Source of the DNA: Marsupella aquatica
Lineage: Eukaryota; Plantae; Marchantiophyta
Assembly (NCBI GenBank): GCA_973895155.1
Contig: OZ316894.1
Location: 5,480,944-5,544,943 of the forward strand
DNA: 64,000 bases
Direction: 5' to 3'
The stretch's first letter is position 1. Every line of letters begins with the position of its first letter. The translations under genes were made by a program, and so were the position numbers. Shown here in pieces: positions 1 to 14,000 of this stretch. A model generated the notes under the pieces. That model searched no databases and was not told the DNA's origin. It saw nothing but the letters and a program-made list of their open reading frames with translations.

Positions 1-1603
1 GATAAAAATCCTGGCTAATTTTGGCCATCGATCAGTGGACAATACTGTTTAGTCAGAGGTGAAAATTTGCCAATTTTTGCAGTTGTCACACCATTTAGAG
101 TGGTAGTAAAGTATATCGTACTATCTAGGTATAGAGGTTTTGTATGTGTGCTATATGAGCACTGTGTTTAGTTTGAGTTGGTGTGAGGGATAGTTATCCC
201 CTTGTGTTGTCTCAAAGGCCTCATCTTTCAATGTTGAGCCTTTGAGCATGAGCTTGGTGGCTATGGTGTGGCTGACCAAGTTGTGTGCATGTAACGTGGA
301 TTCCTTGAAGCACAAGGTGCATTAGGCTTGACATACATGTGTGATCGCGTCGGATGGGATCGTTGTTGGATTAGCACCGATCGTTGTTCGATTTGCACTA
401 TTGAAGAAGATTATTGTGGGTTTTGGGCATGTATGGACATGGGTTCCATTTGTAGATCATTCTCTTAGGTTTGTGTTGTTAGATTGTAACTATGCTTGGA
501 TATGTGTGACAAACGATGTATGTTGTGTAGCGATGTGTATGAGCACGACACAGTTAAAAGAAACCCTGGTTGGAGGAGGTACAGTAGGTTGGTCAACTGC
601 ACTAGATCTTTCCAACAATTGGGAAAACGAGGGTCCCAAGTGAGGCCGCTCATGGAGCCTTGTCTCACCGTGCGAGCGCGAGCGTGGAAACCAGCAAGGC
701 TGGCAACATTGCTTCTCTCCTCCTCCTTTCTTTTCCCTGCTGGTAATCACACATCAAAATGTGGCTGCATTCATTGATTGAAAGGAAAAAACTAGTATTA
801 TCATTGTATGCAGGGGTGTCGTACATAGTATATGTCATATTTTGATGTGCAGTTATCGAGACCCCTTTCTTTTGTTTCCAAAAAAAGACAATTAAACAAC
901 AAAGTAGAAAGACGAAGCAGCAACGAAAGAGGAGACCACACTACAACTTGCTTCTCTTCTTTGGTCTCCTCTTTCGTATATGGGAAGCACCTTGCATTGG
1001 AGGGAAGCAACTTCAGTGGAGGGAAGCAACCTGATTACTCTCAGCAGCTTGCAGCAAAGGAGGGAAGCAGCTCGCAGGGGAGAGGAGTGGGTTGAAGCCT
1101 GGGTATTTCTCAGCAGCTCGTAGGGGAGGGGAGCGGGTTGAACCCTGGGTATTTCTTAGCAGCTTGAGGCCATGGAGGGCCAGAGTTTGTGCGCAACCCT
1201 GAGCTTCCAGCGATGGAGGCAATGAAAACGTGCGTCTGGGCAATGCTCAGCATCTCAGAGCTATGGAGGGCCTGGGCAACAATGCAGTGGAAACTTTAGG
1301 CGCCTGGGCCTAACTTGTAGTGAGAAGGGCCAAATACTGTTGGGGAGACAAAAAAAGAGAGCTTCACTCTCTTTCTGGCCCCCAAGTAGTGAAAGTTTGA
1401 ATTTAGTTTAACTCCCCCAAGTAGTGAAAGTTTGGATTTAGTTTAACTGGCCCAATAATTTACTACAAACTGAAGACGAGTTGCCCTTAATGCACATTAA
1501 GGCTAAGTTTGATTGCATGTTCTTTTTTGTAGTTAGATGTTTAGCAGAACTCCTGAAAAAGTGAACTGCACAGTTTCATGGCACAAGGTCCCAGCAATAG
1601 CCA

Positions 1604-1862
1604 GTGTGCAGCAGTGTAACTATCCTGGACAACCGACTGTGGTCAGCAGTGTACCTATCCTGGACTGTGGTCAGCAGTGTAGCTATCCTGGACTGTGGTC
1701 AGCAGTGTAGCTATCCTGGACTGTGGTCAGCAGTGTACCTGTCTGGACTGTGGTCAGCAGTATACCTGTCTGGACTGTGCTCAGCAGTATAACTATCTGG
1801 ACTGTGCTAAGGAGTGTAACTATCCTGGACTGTGGTCAGCAGTATAACCATCGTGGACTGTA
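1604..1862. repeat. ~28-bp minisatellite (CAGCAGTGTAGCTATCCTGGACTGTGGT), about 9 copies
   Basis: Head-to-tail units such as 'ctatcctggactgtggtcagcagtgtag' recur every ~28 bp with no spacers between them. Confidence 0.95.
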
Positions 1863-2490
1863 TAACCTGGGCTCTAATCATACCAGGTATAACCCATCCT
1901 GGACGGAGGTTTGGGATCTCCGTCCAACCGACTCATGTCCTTCGCTGTGCATCTTTCCTTCTATTCCACAAGACATTGAGTGCCATCACTCTTCTTCACC
2001 AGGCACGAAATCTCACACAGCGCCTCCTGCCACGGCAGACTTCCATCGCTTTGGATCACAATCGAGCACGCACGGGAGCTGAATTAGATTAGAGCCCAGA
2101 CCACGGCTTCTGTTCTCTTGTCACCTTTCTTTTTCTCTGATTTGGTCTTGCCTTGAGAGAATTTTTCACTTGATTTTAGACTAACAGCATAAATAGAGAG
2201 TCCCTCCCACGACACGACTCCATCGCTTTGGATCACAATCGAGCACGGGAGCTTACGCCTGTCCAGACCACCGCTGCCGCTCTCTTGTACTCTTTGGTTT
2301 CGTTTCGTATGGTCTTTGTTTCGTTTCGTTTTGTTTGTTGTCTTTGTCTTTCTGCTAGAGCTGTACACTTAGGGAACTCAGGGACTTCGTTGAGAGCCTG
2401 GTGATTTCCAGAGCTTCGAATTCATCGTGGATTGAAGTTCAATTCGGGCTCTGTTCGCTTACCGCGAGCGTCCTCAGCGTCCTGAGCGAG

Positions 2491-4791
2491 ATGACGAGTA
2501 ATACCCCTTCTTCAGATACGGGCTCGAGGGGAGAGACGCACCAAAAGAAGGGCGACCTGTTCAAACCTGTGGAAGCCAAGGTTAGTCTTCGCTGAGACCT
2601 TCAATTGCTCAGAAATTCTGATTTTGTTGGCTGTTATGTTGTGAGTTGGACTTTGTGAGAATGTCGGTCGTTGGACTATTATAATTGGGCTCGAGTTGGA
2701 ATTGAAAGAAATTCGAACGGAACTGAATTAGTGGGGTTTCTCAACATCTCGCTGGAGTCAATAGCGAGTCATGGAAGGGGTCAGGGTTTAGATGCTGACT
2801 ATAGCATTGATTCGGCCTCAACTGGAAGGAACTGTGCGATAGACATATTCGAACGTAACTGAAATGAGCGGCCTCATTAAATTTCTTTATATCCACTCCA
2901 ATTGCAAGTCATGGAAGGGATCGGTTGCGGATATATCCTGACGCATCATTCGAATGAGTGAAGTATTGTGTGCGCATGTGTGACGAATGTGTCCATTTTG
3001 AGGTTTCCCTGATTTGAAATATGATACGGGAAGGAGAATGCAGTCCGTGGATGAAGGCACATGACAAATCATGATCAGTGAGTAGATTAGAAATAGTTTG
3101 GGTCCTTACAACTATCAGAGTGACCTTCTCCTCCTTCTAGGATTTCTAAGTCCTGAGAGACGGTTTTCTTCTTCCAGTGAAAGACACATTGGCACATAGA
3201 CCCTGGGGACTGAATGGCCTGACTCTAAAGGTATGATGACACCAGTGGCCATTAGTGCAGCTAGTCTCTGTACACAAATGCAAATTTCCTAGTCTGCAGT
3301 ACATGAGAATTCTTACAGTGACGGTGGAACTTTGGAGAACTCATGATAAATCATGAATGGATTTGGATGTCCTTTGTATGTATGGCATAACTTTCATTAG
3401 AGGGTGAACAACTCATTGAAAAACTTGTATTGCCCGACACAGTTGCATTAGATGCCCACTGACACTGCTCCTCTTCCCGTACCGCACGCAAAGTTTGGGA
3501 CTAGGAGATGTAACTTATTTTCGGTTCCTAACGCTTCTGAGCACATTCACCCCTTTCATTGAAATAAGAAGTTCAAAAGTTTCAGTTTTTTCTACTGGCA
3601 ATTGTAAATCCTTTGTTACCATCCCAGATGCAGCGGTTTGTTTGTGTGAACCCCGTAAATTTAAATTTCAACTTTGCTTGCTGAATCTCCGCAGGTTAGT
3701 CTCATAACTTGTATTCAGCTGTGAATGCCAACCATAGGGGCAGCTTCTTGCTACTCGATGTGTTTAGCCAAGTTTAGGTTTAGCCGAAATCGCTGTTTGG
3801 CTAAGAGAGGCTCTTGTCGAGTGTGTTGAATTCTTGTTCTATACCGGGATACTTAGTTTCTGCTTCTCCCTTCTTTTCAAATGACTTGAAATTGACCTGT
3901 TTCGCACTGCAAATTCCTTCCTAGTGTGGTAATATAAAAAAGGCTTAAAAACTCTTCAGTTCTGGTTCAAGATCTCCGACCTTGATAAAGATGACCAAGT
4001 CCGAGTCCTGCCTTCAGCCTTCTGCCGTCTTTGTGGCAATAGTGCTGTCCCTACTCCTCTCAACCAACTTGAGATGGACCACGGACTTTAGTAGTTCTCA
4101 TAAGTTTTAGACGATCTTCATCAAATTGCATATGTTTTGTATGTGTGGTGCCTTCAACCGCACATATATTTACCTGCTTTGCTATAGTCTACTCTGACAT
4201 GGTTACTGCAACTTTGTGAGCTGGAATGTATGGGATTTTGATTATGGTTGTAAACGAATACTCCCAGTCGTCTGACTCAGGTTTGCAGTCGTTTAACATC
4301 TGCCTGGTAGGCTTTGGGTGTGTGTTTCTGTATGGGAGGGGCTATTTCACTTAATTGACGGTGGTGGAAATTGGGAAGCAGAGACAAAACTCTCCAGTCC
4401 CTTAAAAGTAATTCTTGTGGCTTATGAGATATTCTCTTTGGTAAATTAGACCTCAGGGGTAATCGTGTTCCATGTGATGTCCACCACGGGAGCTTGATGG
4501 GGACGTTATATTGAAGTTGACGATCATTTTCGTGAAACTAATTCGTTTGTTGTCGAACAGGATCACGATGAACTTACATTGGAGAGCCTACGAGCTAGCA
4601 AGCTGACTCCACAGACTAGCACAGACGATGTCAGAGCGCCAGGAATATTCGAGCGAGTCAAAGAGGAAGTGGAAGCTATTGCAGAGTCGGTTCAAGAGGA
4701 GCACATGCATCAGAAATCATCTGGCAGTCAGGGTGGATGCTTCAGCTGGTTGGGATTTGGCGGCTTTCACAAGCATCATCAAAGTCAATAA
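2491..4791 (+). CDS. Small uncharacterised conserved plant protein (~106 aa) with an 'APGIFERVKEEVEAI' motif; exons 2491-2580 and 4561-4791
   Basis: ATG at 2491, 30 codons, GT donor at 2581. Acceptor 'aacag' ends at 4560 and the frame continues DHDELTL...VRAPGIFERVKEEVEAIAE to TAA at 4789-4791. The motif resembles the (K/R)xPxxFERxKEExEA repeat of small unknown-function plant proteins (recalled). Extra internal exons cannot be excluded. Confidence 0.7.
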
Positions 4792-6603
4792 ATCTTCCCC
4801 TACGCTTTAGCGCATTCTTTTTTGCCACTGAACAACGGGCTCCAGATTATCCGCGTCATGTGGTTGAAACACTTTCGCTTCAAGACTGAGTAATAATGCC
4901 GGAGTTTACCTTTGTCCAACAGGACAGAATACAGATGCTGATGTCGAGATTATAGGTCAGGTACTGATGATGCACTCAGGGTCAAGTGCATCTCGTCGAG
5001 AAATTGCTTAGTCCATTTTTTACTGAAACAGTTTTGTTGTCAGTTACTACCGAAGATAAGTTGAATGTACATAGACTGCGGCATGCGGTCAGCTGATTGG
5101 GCAACAGCTATTTTGTACAAATAAGAGACATGCTGCAATAAATTCCTGTTTATGGCAGTTGTAAAATTTTCTGCCACTGATGGAGGAGATCAAACCCTGC
5201 CCTGTGCTAAGGATATTTTTAGTTGAAAGAGTCTCTTTCTTATTGTGTCGACTAGTACTTCAATTCCTATCCTCTACACAGTATTCTTCTCCAAATATTT
5301 GGCTTACAGCAAAAAGGCTTTTCAGCACACCCAGAAATATTCAAACAATCTCGGCAGACGTTCCTGAAAATCTCCAAAACCATGACACCCAGCAAAGCTG
5401 AAAAAGCAGGTGAAGTGTATAAATCCACGATTGAGCGACTTTTTCAAGAATATTCATTCAATCTTGGCAGACTTTACCTCCAAAACAATGAAAGGACATG
5501 GTGTCACTTCCTAATATTTTCGAGCACTGAATCTTCAGATTTTGAGAAGTTGAACATGTCCAAACGAGTGTGCTTTTCTTTCCCCTCAAACCCGGACACG
5601 AGAATCAACATGTTTCATTTTTCAGGACCAACTAGAATGGCCTGCTTTGTTTGAAAGACCAGAGTGGAAGTTTGAGAAGATATTTGAGTTCAACGATAGC
5701 CACAGTGTCAACCACTCTGGTACTAGAGGAGATTTGATTACCGCTTGAAATGTCTAACATACAACCAAACGAGAATGTTCTCACGATCTTTAAAAGTTAT
5801 TGGAAGACTTCAAACTTCACAACACAATGCGGTATCGTTTGCCTTCAATCCGAACAGTATCTTTTAAGAGATTGCTTTGTATTTCAACGCTGAAAGCGAA
5901 AACTTACGGGAATCCATAGTACGCTCTCAAGCCTTGCTCCGAAAGACTTGAGACAGTCTTAATTGTACCGAACAGTGATCTGAATGAATTCGTGATTGGT
6001 TCCATCCGTTTCTAAGCGAGAAGTCATGCGATTTGCGCATCGAACTGGTTTTAGCATGTGGGGTAGATCTGTCTTGTCTTATGCTTTATCATTTGTAGGT
6101 TTTGGGGTTGCATTTGGCCTCTTCTTTTGAGTTGGGCGTTTGTCTTCTCTCTAAGTAGAGTTCTTTTGCTGTTACTTCATTGTAATTTGTTAGGCCCTGT
6201 TTACTAAATTAGCCTTTTTCCCAATTAACAATTTTGGGGGTTGACATTTATTAGGGGCGACCGACACGGGAAAGTGATTTATGGCTGTCCTTGCACATTG
6301 CCCACAGGTTGTTGCCCAAACTGTGGGATATCAAGATAAATACAAGGAATGATACCTCTAGTTTGGTCCAGCAGGCTACGGGTGGAGTGGTACAACTGTC
6401 TAGGTGTGGAAGCGGACATGCACAATTTGAGAATTTGATTCCCCTGCCCTTTTCACACTAACCCCACCCAAAAGTGGAGTTCAAACAAAACCTTTCACAC
6501 CAATAAAGAATGATGATTTTTCTCCTGTCATTCAGGGGCAGCAACAGACGAGGACTGCCAGGGGACAGTTGCAAGTGATCCAAGGGACTTGTCTTGCTGA
6601 ATT

Positions 6604-6896
6604 AGGACGTCTCAAATACGTCCATTTGTCTGCTTTGAATGCGCCCGGGCATGTTGTGGTTGGGACAACAATCATGACTGATCGGGCACCGATTGTGAGA
6701 ACCGACCAGTCACGCCTGGGATTGTAAAAGGCCCCAATTTTACAGTATACAAAATTATAGCATTCACTGTGTCATGATGCCACTCATTTTTCCATAGCCC
6801 CAAAAATAATTTCCCGTTTGTATCCTCTCGTGGTGCTCCCGACTGCCTTGTGGGCCTCCCGTGAGATGCCAGTTTTTTCCGTTTATGAGACCCCCT
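6604..6896. mobile_element. MITE copy 1 (AGG..GTCTCA TIR family), ATT target site duplication
   Basis: Left end 'aggacgtctcaaa', right end 'tatgagaccccct', flanked by ATT (6601-6603) and ATT (6897-6899). Internal blocks (gcgcccgggc; atcgggcacc; accagtcacgcctggga; gactgccttgtgggcc) match the reverse complement of the 30492-30815 element. Confidence 0.75.
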
Positions 6897-7365
6897 ATTG
6901 CATTTGCCCTCTTCTTTTGTATTTTGTATTTGTCGTGTGTATCTCTAATGCCTTTACTCCATTGTACTTGTTTGGCCCTAAAATGGTGTATTTTCTTTTC
7001 ATATATGCCTCACACTACCAAAGTACTAAATGCGCCAAACCCAGAGATACAATCCCAAAGGCAGGAGACCCAAGGGGAGAAAACAAGGAACAAACCCCTC
7101 AAAAGACAAATGAGCAATAATGTCCAATAGTCCCCCACAACTGCCAACTATAATCAAAAACCCCACTGAGCTCTAGTATTTATCTCATGGGTTTGGAGCG
7201 TCCCAAAGAGGAATTTGACTACATACCCATTTGATGTACATTGCATTGATATTTCAATTACAAACCTTGAATGTGATGGGGCAATGGCCCTGCACAAAGG
7301 GCTCCCGCCATCCACATGATGATTACTATTAGAGTGTCCGAACTATCAAGCCGCTAGGCCCCTTC

Positions 7366-7566
7366 TTACCTCTGGAAATACTCTTGGCTCCTTGGTGGAG
7401 CTCCATCAGGATTCTGGATAAACATTCCTGGGAAACTTGATAATTTCTTGTTGACTAACGGCCCCTTCTTACGTCTGGAAATACTCTTGGCTCCTGGGTG
7501 GACCTCCCTCAGGATTCTGGGTAAGCATTCCTGGGAAACTTGATAATTTCTTGTTGACTGAGGGCC
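7366..7566. repeat. ~105-bp tandem duplication
   Basis: 'ctggaaatactcttggctcct...attcctgggaaacttgataatttcttgttgact' occurs twice. Confidence 0.85.
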
Positions 7567-10500
7567 CACTGGGTCTTGCCATTCAGTGCTGCCCATTATC
7601 AGGAGCTGCCCATTGCTCACAATGAACAAAAACATGAGGATTTATATCTTCACATCAGTCTCTGAATGCTACCTACCCTGGCACCTACCATTTATGGATG
7701 TAGATAACTGCAAAGTTTGTGCAGAATTTGTCATCCCAGCAAGCATATCCCAACAGGAGCAATCTTCCTTATGGCAAGTGGGATTATGAGTTCAAGCTTC
7801 ACAGGTTTGGTTTTTGCATAAACCCTCAACTTAAAGTGAAGATCGCCAATTGAGGCCTTTGTAACTGTACACAAAAGGACACTTAGATTGGAGGTAGATC
7901 TCTCCTTAATGGAAATGGCAGGTGGGCAATATCTAAGAGATCTAAGAGTGGGACCCACCAAGTTTTCCAGGAACTGTCACCTGAATCCATCAGGGAGGAA
8001 CTTGAGAGAGTCATGAGGGTGGATTTGGGGGTGGATGTACTAGACCTCTGGGCCATTGTTTCTTTTCGTTCCTCTTTAGATTAATTCTGGACCTTATAAT
8101 GACTCAAAACAAATGCAGTTGGCGCTACAATAACTCAGGGGTGGGTGTGCTCTAAAGTAAACGGCACACAATGTGCCCAAGCTAGGAAATGCTGATTTGG
8201 AGTGCTTATTTTGTCTATAAATTTACAGCGGTCCAAACATCTCCAAAATTTGACATTTATGGAAACTCATTTCAAGACTTTTGGGTCTAGAGTCTATCTT
8301 TTGAATACAAAGTGGTGCTCAAGTTTACCTTGGTGAAAAACAGTACCCCATTTCTTGTAAAGCCACTCTTCAAGCGTCTTGTGCCATGGCTTTAATTCAT
8401 AGTAGATGTTGGGGGCAGTTTCTACAGCATGGCCATCCACTTGGGGGGGGGGGCGTTCTTTCTAAGTTGTTGCCGATCCTATCATGCGGAATGGAGTGGG
8501 GCTAAGTTTTGCATATGGGGAGCACATCTTTGTCCCAGGTTTTGGACTACCTCTCTTGGGGGCGAGAAGGGAGTGGGGCCCAAGTTCTGCTTATGTGCAG
8601 GAGCACATTTTGGTCCCAGTTCTTAGACCACATCTTTTAAGGGTCTCGTCATCTCGTGCTTGGGCCATTTTAATTTTGAGTCTTTCACATTAAAAGTGGA
8701 CCAATAGTAAGGTCCCTCATGGGACCTTCTCCTAGTAAGCACAGTAAGGAGGGAGGTAGCCAATGAAGCACGTTGTTTTGAGGTTAAGTGGGGCAGTCTA
8801 TTCATTACAAGCTAATTTTCTTTTGTTCACTATTTTCTTTGGTTTACCTTTTGGTTTCCAAATGTACATTATCTTGTAAAACCCACACCTACATGATCAA
8901 TTGTAAGCTTGAGGAGTTGAGGGGGGAAACTGATCTTTATATACTAGAAGGAGTATGGTCATAGTTAATTTACAAATGATGAACATGGTGGTCCCTCTAA
9001 TGGTTATGACCTTTTTGTTCGTCCAAAAGTACACTTTTTGAAAGCCAAAAGTACAATTTGTATTGTATAAATATTCATAAATTCAATAATTATTCACTTT
9101 TAGTGAAAATATTATATCTTAGCAAATTATTTTAATACTATTTGGTGTACACTTTCGGGAGGCATAGAATCTTACTAATAATTTGTGATCACAAGCTAGA
9201 GTTGGGGTCTAGGATTTTAGAGTGAGGCATGTAGACCATGACTCTAGGGCCCCACCGAAGTTTATGAGATGTAAAGAAAGAATATTATGTAACTATGTCA
9301 AAATGATATCATCCACAATTATTTTTGTACTCATTTCTATTAATATTCAAAGAAAGGACGTATAGTCAGATAGTCTCAGATTCAAAACTGAAAACTCTCT
9401 CTTGGGCCCTTTTCACACTATTTTTAGTATCCGAAACAGGAACTGCTAAGATGAGCAATGAAACTGCCTCCAAGGTAGTGTAAGAACTCTTTTAACTCAG
9501 ACAACCATAAGGTCTAAAGCAAGGTTTCCTTCCATTAATGAAAGACGGTAATAGGTTTCTTAGTTGTCATTGGAGATTCTTCTTACACTGTCACATGGTT
9601 GTGTCCATCCTGGTGGTCCAACAAACGTTTGTGTCCATGAGGGCTTTACTTGGTCTTTAAAAAAAGAAAAAAAAAGGAAAAAAAAAAGGTCCCACTAACA
9701 AACATGGGCCTCCTTTCCACCTTGGCTTGCTTGTAACTATTCAATTAGTTTCAAGTATGAACAGGAGCGTCACGTGGTTCTGAATCGACGATATGATTCT
9801 TGCGCCCATGACTGCAAATCTGGACTGATAGCATTGCGGCCTTGCGGGGTCCTCCATTCATGCCCGACGAAGAACAGTCAGAAGGATCACCCACTGGATC
9901 ACCCACTCCTCATGGACCTCATGGCATCAGTTCTTCAGTAATGTGTCGCTGTGTTGCGTTTCTCCTGAAGGTTCGCAGTTCCGACAGCCTGACATCGTAA
10001 ATGAGGAAAGTGTAATGAAATTATGATGAAATTGCTTCCATTCAAGCATTCAACGAATCAGTTCACACTACCATCCAGTAGTAGAGTTTCTTTCGTGCCA
10101 AAACAAAAAGAAACCAACTGTATAAGCCGTAAAATAATGAAAAAAGTGTACAGTAATAACGATGGAAAGCGACAATTTATTCCTGACGACCCGAGTGCCA
10201 CATTTGGCCAATGGCTATCCTGGAGCTACAGTAGATCTTCCTTGAAGATAGATCTACCTTTTCAAAATATCAATTAAATAGGCATTCGGCAGGAATCTAC
10301 AGAAAGGCAACGCAATCAGCGGAAAGTCTGGAATCTGTACTCACTGTCCCAGTGTCCAGTTCTTACAATATATTAATCATTGAGGGTGCTGGTCTCCAAG
10401 TTATACATGATAACCACAAGCATCGTAACCGAGCCAGATATTCCTTTGCCAGCTAGTTGCTGTAGACCAAGCCCAAGCCTCAGACATTCAACACCCAAAT

Positions 10501-11081
10501 TCGACGAGAAAGCAGTCAGAGCAACTTACTCTCGGAGACGGTATACCAAAGGTGATATCCAATGTCATGTGATGATTGTGGTTTCTTCCTGAGCGAAGAG
10601 CGAGATGTCTCTTCTCTTAGTTCAATGCTCGTCAGAAGTGAGATTGTTTACTGCCTGGATTAGCCAATTGTGGGTTCCCCCGAAAATGTCGATCAACCAC
10701 TCTAGAGTGTGCAAGGGTATTCAATCTTGATATCCTCCAGTACCTTGCAATTGTTGACTTTGTATGTCGTCGACTAAAAGCCTCCTGAAATTATGACACA
10801 ATTAAAACGAGAGAGTATGCCGTACTCGACCTGGGTGACAAATCCCGTTTGGATGGAAAGTCCACGTCTTTAGAGAAGATTTTTCAATCCTTGACTGATG
10901 CCTGTTGCGTAATCTCCTTAGCATATATATATATATATATCAGTTGAGACCAGTTTAACGTGAAGATGCATAACTTTTCGTTTTGCATGGTATCACATTC
11001 GTTATGTGCATAGGCTGTAGTCTGGAGTAACGATCCACGCCCACACAGCTCGAGCTTGTGTAGTGGCCTGCCAGACATTCA

Positions 11082-14000
11082 ATGGCGCCAGGAGATTGCT
11101 GTATCCCTCCTCCAGCAGCTAACTATGAGGGGAAAGGAAAGGAGGAGATTTGGGACGGCCTCGACGTCTACACAGTTGGCTCGTCTACATCCTCGTCGGT
11201 CGTTCTCTTCATTTCCGACATCTACGGTACTCACTGACCGATGGTTCTCCGCAGGTCTTTGTAGCACTTTGTCTGTCTAGCTGCTGCAATGCTCCATGAC
11301 TTCACTCTTGATATCTGTGGAGGTCACATTGTAATGTCATTAATTACGGTCCCTCACTAGAGCTGCTCGATTCAGTCTCTTGAGAGACTGAAGTTGCTCA
11401 AATGAGGCCCAGGTGCATTTTGCGGTGTCCGTCGCATGCGTCTGCCAATGCCGTATAGCTGTACCGATTATAGGTGAACGTGAAAGCTAGACTTGATTCC
11501 ACCATGTTTTCAACCTCTGTTAACACCGGGAGTGTGGGTACACAAATGTGGCCACGGGACAACAGGTTGGCGCGTTCCTCAAACTAGGTAAGCACATGGG
11601 TGAGTGAGCCTTTTGCGCACTAGATCTGTTAAATTTGTTGTCCAAGATGTTCGATAAGCAGGCCATACAGATTACTGAAAAGGATTTGTCTAGTGGTCCG
11701 TTTTCGAATGCTGGATTCATATGGAGCCCGATTTGGAGAAAAAGTCTATCCGTGTGTCTCCGTGCCTGATTCTTCAAACACATGTGCGCAGGTATCTGGT
11801 AGACAAGATCGCTGCTCATGGGCACTACGTGGTTGTTCCGGACTTTATGCACAATGACTTCTACACGCCCGAGGATCCCAACGACGAATTTAAGGGGCTT
11901 CCGACCTATCTTCCCAGGCATTCAATTGTCCGTTCAATTCCCAGCTCACTACTGTCCCTCTATATATTGCTCTGAATCATCTGTGGGGAGAAATTTAGGA
12001 GATAGGCCATGATAGAGTCCAGTCGTACCAATGGACGTTCGAAGGGTCACATTGATTGGAAACTACACAACTGTGAGGAGTGGCAACTGTTAAAAAAAAA
12101 CAGTAAACATTGTGGGCCTTGTGGTGTAAGTTGTAGTCTGTCAAAGATTTACGTCTGTTGTGATGGGCGGTGAATCGAATATTTCCAACTTAAACCCGAG
12201 ACCTGTGTCTTCTTGAGAACAGCTAGCCACTGACAGCTCTGAACATCTCAAATCACTACTGCTGTTATTTTTATTCAGTTTCTGAAACTTTTGGATTCTT
12301 CTGAAAATGCACAAAGCTTTGAACAATTCGTTGCAACGAGAAGACTAGATCTATCAACCTCTTGGCCATATCCAATTCTGTGATGTTCTAGATTCATGGT
12401 TCTCAGAAAGATCCTAGACTTCAGGATTTCCTTCTCTCTAACAAAACCATCCCTAGTTGCTTGGCGCACTTTCACTGCAAAGCCAGAGACCCTTGATATA
12501 TATGTCCGAAGTATCTATGACTGTCTACTCCTATATATGCGAGTTGCAAAATTTTAGCAGTCACCGTTTCGTTTGTAATATGGTCTGTCTCTGCTTAGAA
12601 TGGTGATTAAGAACCTCAGGCATTCATTTGAGCTTACTGGCTAACTGCCTTACCAGTCATCACTCCAAGTTACACTGTTTTTCTTGGAAAGAAAGTTGAC
12701 AAGAACTCTGACTGAGGCTCCATTGTTGGCTTTGCTTCACTGTCTCTTGATTCAATAATTGTACAAGCACTCACTTGTTACGGTTGACTTTAGTTTGATT
12801 GTATTTAATGGTTTCCATTTTGGGCGCGTTCAATTCCATGATATAAACAGCCAGACGCGAGGGTTGAAGCAGCTCGCGTTGTCGAGCAACTCCGAGCCAA
12901 GGGTTTCAAGAAGATTGGGGTCGCCGGGAATTGCTGGGGAGGTAGATATGCCACCAATCAATCTACCCTTTCAAGCTCATCAAGCAAATATCTGTTTACT
13001 CGCCAATGAAATTTAGTTGATGATATTGTTCAAAGGATAGCCGTGGTTACAACTGAAGTAATTTTGGGGCCCGATGACCGATCATGAATATCTGCGACCA
13101 TTCATTTTGGGATTTCTTTCTCGCAGCGAAAATAGCCATCAGTTTGCTGTGTGGCGACAAGGGAGTAGATGCCGCCGTCGTGCAACATCCATCTTTCTGG
13201 ACAAAGGAGGAAGTTGGAGGTAAAGCACTGTACTGTTTAGTATCATACATCCATTAGCTATGAAACCCCTTCTGAATTGCCAGCAGCCAAACGGTATGAT
13301 TGTCGCTCGATCGTTGAAACTGCTTGACACAGACGTGACACAGAAGACTCTGCGATCTGGATAATGATCGCATCCAGCTCAGTGAGCATTCTCAAAATCA
13401 GGACCTACAGAATTTCTAGAAGCAGGAGTAATCAGAGCAGTGCAGATGAGAGAGACGGTTCCTTTACTGAGGTCTGATGAATTCTAACTAGGAATTGAAT
13501 GATCAACAGCGGTCAAAGTTCCTCTCGCGATATTGGGAGCAGCCATCGACAACATTACTACCCCGGCCATGGCTAGAGAGTTTGGAGAAATTCTGAAAGC
13601 ATCTCCTGAGGTTTGTTCTCCAACTGGTTTGCCTCCAAGCTGCTCTGCCCCACATTCTTGATTATTTTTTTGCCAAGGTTCAAAGATTCATAGCCCTTCC
13701 CCATTCCTCCCCTAGTTTGTAGTTTTTGAGAATCCTTTTCCACAGTTGGGTTTAAAGTAGACAAAATGTTCACATGATTTCTGCATTCTTCTACGTTTTA
13801 GACTCTCAACCTTTCGGAAAATTCACTACTCAGAAATAAGTGTTCAAAAGAAAGCTATTTGTAGGGTCCTATGCATGACTCATTATGTTCAGTGACTTGA
13901 TTGATAGAATACTATTGGTAGTAATAAATTTATGGGGTTCTAAAGCTGGAATGGGAGCTCTACAAACAGTCATGTACTTTGACTATAACATTGTTTAAAG

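Noticed and set aside
1604-1862. CRISPR-like array of ~28-bp repeats
   Set aside because: Units are contiguous with no unique spacers, the context is eukaryotic and there are no cas genes. It is a minisatellite.
5180-6230. LINE 3'-end remnant
   Set aside because: The frames look vaguely protein-like, but no RT, endonuclease or zinc-finger motif can be identified.
6375-6450. tRNA gene or tRNA-derived SINE (A-box-like ggtggagtggta, B-box-like atttgattccc)
   Set aside because: The boxes are degenerate, there is no cloverleaf, and no TSD or second copy is visible.
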